From assembly GCA_028023455.1 (NCBI GenBank), contig JAQFVV010000010.1:17484001-17548000 (forward strand): 64,000 nucleotides of DNA, given 5' to 3'. The position numbers and the translations under genes are program-made. Shown in pieces: positions 1 to 10,354 of this stretch (the first letter of the stretch is position 1; every line of letters begins with the position of its first letter). The notes under the pieces are model-generated. The model was not told where the DNA came from. It made no database searches and saw only the letters and a list, made by a program, of their open reading frames with translations. This DNA is from Epiperipatus broadwayi (Eukaryota; Animalia; Onychophora).

Positions 1-69
1 TTGATTCCAAAAATGTAAGGTTTTATTTTTAAAAAATCTTAATTATAGAAGAGTTGCTTATTTTTTTAG

Positions 70-191
70 CGTCTTCTCAATATGCAAGAAAAAGGCAGTG
101 ATAATTTTTTACGTGTAATTGTTGAAGGTGGAGGCTGTTCCGGATTTCAAAGCAAGTTTGAGTTAGATAATCAAATGACTAAGGAAGACAG
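70..191 (+). CDS. ISCA2: ISCA2 internal coding exon ([41 protein letters not shown])
   Basis: Acceptor ttttttag|C at 68-69 and donor AG|gtatgt at 192. Translation contains the IscA/HesB motif [13 protein letters not shown]. Phase-2 donor matches the phase of the exon at 30023. Upstream exons are outside the window. Confidence 0.93.
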
Positions 192-1149
192 GTATGTGAA
201 ACAAATTCATTTTAATATAATTTTGTTTTCTCTCGTTCTTAAGAATAATGAAATTTCAGTTTTCTGATCATATTTTGATCATTTATCTCTATTAAAAGGT
301 TGTCACTTGATGGGTATATATATATATATTATAATGATCAAGTTATTGAAGTTATTGATAATCCTGTGTTTATCCAGGGTTGAGCATATCATTGGTAGTA
401 GATCTGAACCATTTGGATGTGTCATTTTATAATTATTGGATCAGTGAATGTTTGGAGTCATTTAAGTGTTTACCTGTGTAATATTTACCAGCTTTATTTA
501 TAGAGGGTTCTATAGCAATATTGATTTATACTAACAGATGATTTAAATTAAGACAGACAAATAACCATAAACTTTTATCTGTATCATTACTGTCAGTGTT
601 TAGATATATAATCATACAACCTTTTGGGAAGCCATTGTATAAATGTGAGTATGAAATGGTGAATAAATTAGTCTGCCCAACAATAAAGTTATGAAAGAAG
701 ATCATTTGTTTTATTAAATCTTGAATTAACATTATTTAGCAAAGAATGACAATGTCCCAATAATTTCAATAATATGACAAAATGTATTAACTTAGCAAAA
801 CAATAACATAATAACAATAATAATAATAAAAATTGACATAAGGACCCTCTCCATCCCATATTATACCCATATACACACAAAATAAATATAATTTTTAATT
901 GTGCATATAATTAACTAAAAAAAAAATTATAATTTTATTTACTTTGTTAATATTATGTAATAATTTGCTTGAGTTTAATCATATGAATTTAATTTGTTTG
1001 ATACTTAATAACTGATTTTTGATTCTGGTAAATCTGAAATAAAGACTAAATTATTAATCAGAGGTTGAATTTTATTTCATGCATTAGGTAAAATTTGTAT
1101 GTGGATGTAATTACATGGATAATTGTTACAGATGTTAAACATTATAATA

Positions 1150-1537
1150 CACTAATATAAATAATATTTCTTTAGTGTAATTTTCACTACACCACTCTCA
1201 CTCAAGGTAGGAACTGGTCTCTATACACTTTTAACATTTTGTGGAGGGATGTAATCATAAACATATGACAAAAGATATGCGAAAAAATCTATGATCCCCA
1301 AGATGCAAATTTTATGCTGAACCAGCACTCATCAGTTGGACCACACTGCAATTTCTTACACATATCTTTATCATTGTTCAGGATATATAGATAGCAAATT
1401 ACTACAGTTTGTTTGATAAGTGTCAAGCCCTCACAACGTTGACACAGATCACTTAATGAAAGTATATTAATAATTTTTATTAGTCATTCATTGGACTAGA
1501 GAAAATTACACTAGAAAAATATTATTTATTATTGGAT
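1150..1537 (-). mobile_element. Family B hammerhead-bearing non-autonomous repeat with inverted terminal arms
   Basis: Arms 1150-1186 and 1500-1537 are reverse complements. The whole element aligns by eye, inverted, to 20084-20492. Confidence 0.75.
1292..1345 (-). ncRNA. Degenerate type-I hammerhead (family B)
   Basis: Minus strand: UCCAA-CUGAUGA-GUGCU/GGUUC/AGCAU-AAAA-U-UUGC-A-UC^-UUGGG. GAAA has mutated to AAAA, so probably inactive. Confidence 0.65.
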
Positions 1538-1879
1538 AAAATAAATTCATATAAAAGTTTTATTTGCGGTTCACCTATACTTTTTATTTCACCTATAGGA
1601 TAAGTATTTGAATGATATGAAAATATGATATAACTATTATATGATGTTATAAATATTAAAGATTTAATTTCATTTTACAGTAATTCTTTTGAATAATAGT
1701 GCTTGCTTTTAATTCAAATACTTTTAGCATTTAAATGATAAATAAAATTCCATATGAACTAACAAATACTTTTTTATGATCTATTACTTTCATTGGTTTA
1801 TAATTTTATGCTATTAACTTGTAAAAATATAATCTGTGCAATGGCTTTTCTAATCTTCAAGATGCAATAATTTGAATTC

Positions 1880-2725
1880 CCTTTTAACATTATATGCTTA
1901 TCTTAATCAACTATATATTTAAACTTGGGAACATTAATAATGGCACTCTGTTATCCATCATGCTCCAAATTATTGCTCATATTTATCGCTGAAATGTCTA
2001 TAATTAAAGCTTGCCTAGATATATTTATTTTACTTTTATTGTTATCTCTAGGATAAATTTTAAAAGGAAAAAAATTTAATTACTATCATTGTGTGATATT
2101 TTACTTTGGTTTTCCTTAGGCATATAAGAATTAGCATAAATCTATTCCATTAAATACTGCTGCAGATCCATCTAAAGTCTCGCTTTGTAATATCAGTAAT
2201 AGATATATTTATTGTATGGCCACATAGTGAAGCACTACTATAATCATTCCGAATACCAATAGTAACATATCCTCTTCAATTAAATTCATGATAGAATTAG
2301 AACAAGAACAAAAATTAGCATTTTTAGATATTCTTGTGATAAAACTCTGCCAGCAAAAATCAGAATTAGATTATGATAGATACACAAAAAATAGAGTTTT
2401 AGAAACCAGTGATTTGAAAGAGAAAAATCTTATATAGAAAAAACTAATGAAGAATGGATAACCCATCAGCTGTCATTAAGAAAATCTTAAATAGACAACA
2501 AAAAAAAAAAAAATCAAAGAACAAATCAATTATAAGTATTGTAATTTAATCATATAACAGGGATAACAGATAAATTAAAAAGTAATCAGGATAATATCAG
2601 AATAGCTTTTTAAAGCCATATATTCTAGACTTATTCTAACTTCTACAAAACCTAAACTGGAACTGCTAAAAAACAAGAACTTCCTATCTGAAATGTGAAT
2701 TTGGAAGAATATATTGAACCTGATT
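1880..2725 (+). pseudogene. Penelope-like element RT + GIY-YIG remnant
   Basis: Fragmented frames in PLE order: ..IFKLG..NGT..IIAHIY (~1910-1985); SIKFMIELEQEQKLAFLDILVIK (2276-2344); LMKNG(Y)PSAVIKKIL (~2445-2495); GITDKLK..IRIAF..(2558-2620); YLKCEFGRIY(I) (2686-2718), resembling the first GIY-YIG motif. Confidence 0.65.
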
Positions 2726-2759
2726 GAAATCCGGTTCAATGGTGTTGTTATTAAACAAA

Positions 2760-4860
2760 AAAAAAAAGAAATTTATTAAGCTTTTAATTTTAATTAAACG
2801 TAGAGTTTAAATTTGCAATATTATTTAAAAAGAATGCGTGTATCCATGTATACACGTGTTTATATGTAAAATGGATTTTTTAAAAATGTTTATCGATTTA
2901 TTTTAAAATAGTTTTCATATTCCGCCTGTTTTTAAATCCATTTGATTTAAAAACAAGCTGGCTAGCTAATTGCATTCCTGTTGCTTTTATTTTAATTATT
3001 GTAAACAATTTTGATAGCGGAGATTTGATTTTTATGTTGTTGTTTTCATTTCAATAAACCCTGGGTAGAATTCCTAGATAGATTGAGCGGGAGATTAATA
3101 TTTGCCCTGCCTAAGGCGAAGAAATTGAACAACAAAGAAAGTGTTTCGCGGGAAAGGGAGCAACGTATAAATAGTCCCGAAAATTTGGAGTGGAGTGAAT
3201 TCATTATTCGTAAATAGACAAGCTGTTTCTAAAGTAAAAGTTTATATCAGCGCGGACATTTAAATTCTTAAAGGACAAGAGCTGTTATTAAATTCTTCTG
3301 CTTGCCACAAGATGAAAAATTCTGTACGTGTTGTCACCACCCAAATGGCTTGCTAATTCAACAAAAGATGGATCCCTGACTTCCAAGTTTGCTCCAGTAA
3401 TGCCTTAAACACCTAAAAGAAGCCGGAACCTCGTTACATCTACCTTGCTGCCTAAAGAACCTGAAAATGAACTTAAGTAAAAGTGCGCACTCTACGTGAA
3501 CATTGCTTTTACCGAAAGGTAACTATTTTCGTTTTTATTCTTCCCAGGGTAAATTAATTCTCATTAAATCTCCACTCAATCTAATCATAAATATGTATTC
3601 TTAAATCAATATAGCCTCATATTTAATATTTGCTCTAATTTCCAATATTTTGTAGTGTGTCTTGGAATCTTAGTTTTAAGATTCCAATTTGCTTTCAGTT
3701 TTTTTATTGGAGAGTGACGAATGAGTTTTATATTTTATGACTCGCTTTTGTAAATGCTTTAGCAGTCTTGTATATATTTTTTTTATGCTTACCTTTAATT
3801 ATTTAGTATTCAATAATTAATTTTATACTCTATGTTTGCCCTCTTGCTAAACCTCCAAAACTCTTTTGGCTGACGACTTTATTGTCTGATTTTCGCAGGT
3901 GGAGATTTCGTTTCTAAAATCTCTAAAGGCGGAAATTAGAATTGTGTTTTTCTTTGTAATTTTATAAGTCGTCAGCAGGAAGATAAATTTTATCCTTTCT
4001 TAAATTACAGGTGAGCAATACTTTCGTTCTGCTAGAGTATTTAAACTTTTGATATTTCGTACTCATGTGCACTCTCCGATAGATTTCTTTTTGTAGTTAT
4101 TATGTGTGCTTTAAATTTATCAGAGCGTGTACTCAGAATTTGTTTATAAGTTTATTTTCTTTTCTTTATTTGCTGGGGCAGATGTAACTGTTTTTCTAAT
4201 CATTTACTTGTCTCTTATTGGGACCATTAATTATTAATTTTAAAGTAATTTTCGCCAATCGTTTGGCTGGGATGCACCAGGTTTAATTGTTTCTTCGTTT
4301 CAATGATATTTTTCGATTGTTCTTGAGGTGGATCAATCACCATTATTTTAAACGTAGTAATTGGTGCAGTTCATACCGATATGAGGACATTCGAGATCTG
4401 ACCATGCTTAGATCTCTGAAAGCTCATCGGCACTGGGTTCTTTGATCTATTTCAGGGGCATATGGTTTAAATATCTGAAGGTGAAGACCAATGTTTAGGT
4501 GAATCCTCTGCTGAATGAAATTTGCTTCCTCCCTTTTAAATTTGTTTATTAGAAGATCAGTCAGTCTGTCATCGCTTTGCCTTTAGTATGTCTGGTACAC
4601 GCCTGAGTTAACCCCCATCTCTGGTGTCATAAACTTATATTTAATAATTTATTTTCTCATAATAAAATTTATGAAATATGTTTAAACTTAATTTGGCTGA
4701 CGTTTGTCTTTGTGCTTTTGTCTCAATTGTCTAAACAATTTATGATCTCTTGTTTCTCCCTGAGTCTAGTCGGCGCAAACCATCATCATCATCTATTCTG
4801 ATCACAGTAAACAAATTTTCCAGATACGTAGTGGTCTGGTGGCGCCCTCTGTTTCAGAAT
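2760..4860. mobile_element. Unclassified ~2.1-kb CpG-retaining insertion (TE/LTR-like)
   Basis: Clearly higher GC and CpG content than the flanks; TATA-like gtataaata at 3165-3173; several strong splice motifs; ends near ggtggcgccctctgtttca. Termini and TSD not resolved. Confidence 0.4.
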
Positions 4861-6354
4861 AGATTGAGTATCCAGTATAATATATTGGTAGAATTAGTTG
4901 AAAAATGATTAAAAGAGCACAAAGTAATGATTAAAGGGCAAAGAATAGATATATATACTAGTAACTATGAATGTACCAATCAACACATGTTTGATTGGAA
5001 AAAGAAAAATATTGCTCAGAAAGTGGAAAATAGAAGAAAATTTAAAGAAACTGCTCATATTATAATGTCAAATGACTCCATATGTCAACTTAGTGCAACA
5101 ATTTATAATATTTAGAAACAGGTCATTTATCTTTCCCTTAGGAAAAAATGGAAAAATCTGGAGGATCTTCATGGATAAGCATATAAATTTTGTATTGATT
5201 ATTGCCTTTGCCAGAATACCTAGTTAGGTAGAGGGTCACCTTAAATTCAATATTCACAAATCTAAAATAACCAGGTTCAATTCTTAAGCTAGTATTATCA
5301 TGGTCAAATTAGAAACACTTGAAGGAGAATAATACCACTCAAAATGTATTATATATTAACTATATGTCATCACTAATAGTTGAATATATTTGAAAAGTTT
5401 AAATAAAATTTGAATTTTTCTAAAGACTTAGCAATTAATTATAGATGATGGAAATAGTCTGATATATAATGACAAATAAAAGACCATCATCACAAACTTT
5501 CAGATAAACATTTTATTCTTTAATTAAATACTGTATATTGAAAAGGGCAAAAAACATAATTTGCCGAAAAAGGCTTTTCTATGATAATTTTATAATTTGT
5601 AATATTTGTTGCTTATATATATGTATTTTTAAACATATTTGACTATTGTATATATAAACTGTAAGCAAGACTTTTTATTTACACATGATCCATTGAATTA
5701 ATCACATACAACTAAGTAAATATCAAAGCAAGATTTAATTTATTTTATCAACCATTTTAAATATTTAATTTAATGAATATCTAAACAATGAAGCATAATT
5801 GGGAAATTCTAATAATGCTAAGATTATTTAATTGTGGTTTTGTGCTTAATCATATCTTTATTGACAATAGCTTCAACACCTGATGCATCTAAGTTTCCAT
5901 TTGACTCTAGATTCATTTATCTTAATAGTGTGATGGTATTTTCTATCAATTTTAAAATTTCTTATTTTGTTTATAAAGTAACAATAGGCTTAGTTATTTC
6001 ATGAAGCATACTACAAAGAAAGGAGAGAAGTGATTTTTAATTTTATTAATAAGTATACTAGTAACATTTTCACAAGAGATTTAGACAAACAATAATCATG
6101 GAATAAAACTTTTAAATACTTGACTTTCAATCATCCATTAGGTTTGAATGATTGGCTCCGAGTCTTCAAATTTTCATTTCAGATATTGGTACTTACATAG
6201 TTTGCCTGCTGGAAGCTTGCCATTCACTTTTTTTTATAAAAAAAATCCATTTTCATGGGTCCAGGGGCTTACAACACATGATATAAACAATATGGCTGAC
6301 TCTAAGTTATTGTATTCAATAATTATGTTTTTTTTATTTCTTAAAATGATAAAT

Positions 6355-6775
6355 TCAAATATCAGCCTTTTAAGCTAATTGTGCATACGCTTTGCGAGTG
6401 TTAATAATAAATGAATACTTTCTCACCAATACAAGATATAGTATTTATGCAGGAATAAAAGAAATCCTCTTATTCCTACAACTCAAATGCTTATATATGA
6501 GCAAATCTGAAGTACTGGCAAGTAAAGCGTGAGGATGGAACCGTCACTTTAAATTACTATATATGATGTCTGAATGAATGACGTGGGTGAAATTGTCTAG
6601 AATTTACTAAATGTCATTCCACCTGAAACTTAATCATATGTAAATAAGCATTTATTTTATATAGCGTATGTTTACAATTGTATACATTCAAAGCGTATGC
6701 ACAATTAGCTTAAAAGGCTGATATTTGAATGTATACAATTGTAAACATACGCTATATAAAATAAATGCTTATTTA
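6355..6775. repeat. Family G nested inverted-repeat element (A...B A' B')
   Basis: 6355-6397 is the reverse complement of 6689-6730; 6642-6692 is the reverse complement of 6724-6773. Arms resemble those at 39891-40127. Confidence 0.75.
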
Positions 6776-6844
6776 AAATGATAAAGAAATACAGAAGTCT
6801 AAATACTTGTTATTCAAAAATTTTTTAATGTAAATATAGTAAAT

Positions 6845-7358
6845 ATTTGAAAACCTGGCACTTTTCACAAAACTGGAGCTTAATTGTAAGTATAGGGGAT
6901 TTGAACTCAGATTTTCAAGCACCCTTCATCTATCCACCCTATTTCATACAACTGATACACATGACCACACACATATAGAAAAGATAAATAATCACCAATA
7001 TATGTATTTCATGCTAAACCAGCAATAATGTTAGCATCAGCATGGTATTTGGGTTTCATCATCAGATTTTCAATGATATGGATGGCTGAAAAGTTGGAGG
7101 TTGGAGTAGATTGAAGCCTGTTTATTAAAGTATGAAGATTTGCTATCTTAATATAAAAACTGAGCACTGATTATATATAGGTGTGGGAGATGATAATCTG
7201 GATCAACTGATGAGTGCTGGTTTAGCACAAAATACATTTATTGGTGATTATTTATCTTTTCTACATGTGTATGGTCATGTGTATCAGTTGTATGAGATAG
7301 TGTGGATAGATGAAGGGTACTTGAAAATCTGAGTTCAAATCCCCTATACTTGTAAATA
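6845..7358. mobile_element. Family A head-to-head palindromic insertion
   Basis: Left arm 6886-7024 is the reverse complement of right arm 7217-7352. The central part matches the monomer seen at 52610-52790. Confidence 0.85.
7193..7251 (+). ncRNA. Type-I hammerhead (family A), mutated core
   Basis: AUAAUC-UGG-AUCAA-CUGAUGA-GUGCU/GGUUU/AGCAC-AAAA(GAAA mutated)-U-ACAU-U-UA^-UUGGU-GAUUAU. Confidence 0.75.
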
Positions 7359-8559
7359 AAGTAAATAAAATTTAAAAAAAAAAACAGCATTTAGTAGACT
7401 ATAACAAATGGTCAGACAGTCATCACTTTTCATGCATCCACTATCTCCAATTTTGAAAATTTTCTACTGAAACATGCAAAAATCCAAAGGTTTGTAATTA
7501 ACATTTTTTTAAATGTAAATTCACACTACATCAGCTGTAAACTATGGTCAATGCAGTTACAAATGATGTTTTGTAGTTTTATAACCACATTCCTTTCCAA
7601 ACAGATAGGCACTTAGAACATGTGTGACATTAATTCTGCATTTGCACATAAAGTATAATTTCATCCTCATTATTACATACTTTTTAGGCTGGCACTATCC
7701 TGAAATTTTGAAAATATTTTACTGCATCTTATTCTATTAATGAAATATTCCAAATATTAATTATAATTCCAAAAATGATATGGTAAATGAATGTAAGATT
7801 GGCAATCTCCCCAAGTATAAAGGAAATTTCCAGACTAATCTGAGATGTTTTAATTATTATAACTTAAATTTTTAAAATATGTCTGAAGTTTTTTATTGAA
7901 TAAATTATTTTAAATTGTCTTTAAGAAGAATATTTATATCCATTTGTTCAGGATCATAAAATAAGACTCAAGACCTAACAATTGGCTTACATATGTGTCT
8001 GATGATAAACTTAAAACTATTAAAATATGTATAAATAAAATAGTATTGAATTTGTTTTACTTGTTATTAACTTAAAATCATTTATTATTGACTACTTAAG
8101 TAAATCAATAAATTTTATGTTCCTTTAGATCCTTTGTGATTTGATTTAAATATTTTTATATGTAAGCACACACATATAAAAGTGTATTTCTGTCTATATA
8201 TATTCACTGGTCATTATGTTTAGCACTGTGTATGTGTTGAATAATTTATTTACTATTCAATTATTTATTTACAATATACAATTTTATCTAAATTAACTAT
8301 TAATTGTATTTTAATGTGAATAAATAGTTATTTTGAATCTTTTACTGCATAACTTTGCATATACTCTTCCTTTAATATAAATAAATATTAAATATCAGTG
8401 CTTTAATTTTTTTATATTTGGATTATTATTTTTTATATATTATTATTGTTTTAAATATGATAGAGTATTTAATGTGTGTTTAACTGGCAAAGATACCTGA
8501 TCATTTCAATATATACATATATATATATATATTGTATCCTTACCAAGTTAAAACCTAGA

Positions 8560-9400
8560 CTCACTTAGGCTAACATTAAGAAAAATTCTCCATCTCACTC
8601 CAAAGTACTATGTCTAATTTATGATCAAATTATCAAAACAATATTTATTAAAACAATACTTTGACTAGATCAGAATATATTTCTAACATATTATATCTAA
8701 ATAAATTAGCTTTTTAAAATAATTTATCTTATTTAAATAATAAACTAAGATAAATCAAAAAAACACAAATTAAATACTAAGGTTAAAATTGAATTCCCAG
8801 CTCATCTATTATGATAACAATTTAAAGTATGATTAACTCATTATTTACTCTTATAATATGATTCCATTAAAATACCAAAAAAGTTATAAAACTTTTGCAG
8901 GAGACATTTAGCAAGGTACACTGTTGGTTTAACATTGAGGATGTATCCCAAAAGATATACTCTCACTGGCCTAAGAATATTACTCCTACTTATATTATAT
9001 AACAAAACTACCTTCTAATACTCTCGTGTCTCACAACACTCATAAAATAAATCCTAACTAAATAATTTATAAAATTTATTATAAAACAAGAAATCAATTA
9101 CTATCGTATAATAAAAGTAATATTTAAATCTAACATTAACTAAAATTCCTATCCATTATCACTTCATCTAACTCTTATAATCATTCAACATCTTAGGTTC
9201 AATAATAATGCTAAATAAATTAATACAATGTAACCAAATATAATGAGGGATTTTACATATATTCAACAGCTCTCACAAAACAATAACAAATAAATAGAAT
9301 ATTTTCACGATTCTTAAAATCGTACATCTATTTGACTAATACTCTTCAATAAACATCAATAAAATTATAAATTGTTATAAAAACATCATATATAATATTT
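8560..9400 (+). pseudogene. Highly degraded LINE RT remnant
   Basis: DVSQ.DILS (~8939-8968) resembles GVPQGSILSP, followed by LLILYN.LP (~8988-9018) and ILGSII (~9190), resembling LFxLYxNDLP and YLGxII. Many stops and frameshifts. Confidence 0.4.
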
Positions 9401-10163
9401 TAAATAAATTTTTAAACATTTTTTATCATAATAAAAATCTTTTATTTCTTATGTGGTATTTACAGAAATAATTATAATAATATATTTTTGTTAATCATGT
9501 GCAATAATATAATGATACAAATAATTTTTATAAATCATGTGTGTGGATATGAAGATTCAAAAACACTCGGACACACCAAACAAAGAAACTTTCAAGACAA
9601 TACAGGTTCCAAAAACATTAACAATTTTTTTTATTATTTAAAAATATACTATACTTACAATAATATAAATTTATAAAAATTTTAAACTAATAACAAAAGA
9701 ACATTAATTAGATTAAAATATTTACATAAAAAACATAATGAAAATAAATAAATGTTAAGTAGCCTTCACTCTGATTATTTGCTGTATAAAATATGATATA
9801 TAATACATTGTAGTAGCAATTCTGTTATCTTTCACAATTACGAGAATGATATTCCGTTATAATTATCATAATAAACAATAACAATAAATAAATACAATTT
9901 ATTTAACTAGTAATAAAATGCTTCACATTTTCAGAAGTAAATTGTGATTATAGTAATGCTTATTAACTATAATATTTTAAATTTAAATTAGTACTTATTC
10001 AAAATTTAACATATAATACTATCTTGAAAAGACTATGCATATCATTTATATACCAATAAAATATTTATCTTTTCCTTTCACATATATTTTAACATTTTAA
10101 TATAAATTCAAATAAAGAAAAATATAGTTACTGAAATAACATTATTCATAATTTGGTAAAACT

Positions 10164-10354
10164 ATATATATGTGTGAAAGATGATAGTCTGGACCAACTG
10201 ATGAGTGCTGGTTTAGCATGAAATACATATATTGGTGATTATTTATGTTTTCTACATGCGTGTGATCATGTGTATCAATTGTATGAGATAGTGTGGATAG
10301 TTGAAGAGTGCTTGATAATCTGAGTTCAAATCCCTTATATTTACAATTAAGCTC
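10164..10354 (+). mobile_element. Family A single (non-palindromic) copy
   Basis: Matches the right arms of 6845-7358, 47651-48151 and 51454-52935 and ends at the same position (aaatcccttatatttacaattaagctc). Confidence 0.85.
10184..10242 (+). ncRNA. Type-I hammerhead (family A), near-intact
   Basis: AUAGUC-UGG-ACCAA-CUGAUGA(10198-204)-GUGCU/GGUUU/AGCAU-GAAA(10220-23)-U-ACAU-A-UA^(after 10231)-UUGGU-GAUUAU. Stem I pairs fully around a 3-nt bulge. Confidence 0.82.

Noticed and set aside
192-267. Extension of the 82..267 ORF beyond 191
   Set aside because: Similarity to ISCA2 stops exactly at the AG|gtatgt donor; the rest is intron read-through. ATG 82 is an internal Met, not the start codon.
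2714-2735. attgaacc-tgattgaaatcc-ggttcaat hairpin as a hammerhead at the PLE 3' end
   Set aside because: No CUGAnGA and no stem II, and the register does not give a UH site. It overlaps the GIY-YIG-like YI(G) codons instead.
6520-6670. LSU rRNA gene or numt call
   Set aside because: The highly conserved AAGGTAGC and GACGAGAAGACC motifs are absent. Left unassigned and reported as a finding.
7990-8040. Isolated CTGATGA motifs at ~7997, 16876, ~54397 and ~55106 (and CTGAAGA at ~58424, ~63946)
   Set aside because: No matching GAAA with paired stems I and II; expected by chance or too decayed to support.
8880-9060. Mitochondrial cox3 numt (SHWPKNITP resembles WPPxGI)
   Set aside because: Only a few residues match; the surrounding motifs fit a LINE RT (PQG..LS, LY.N.LP) better.
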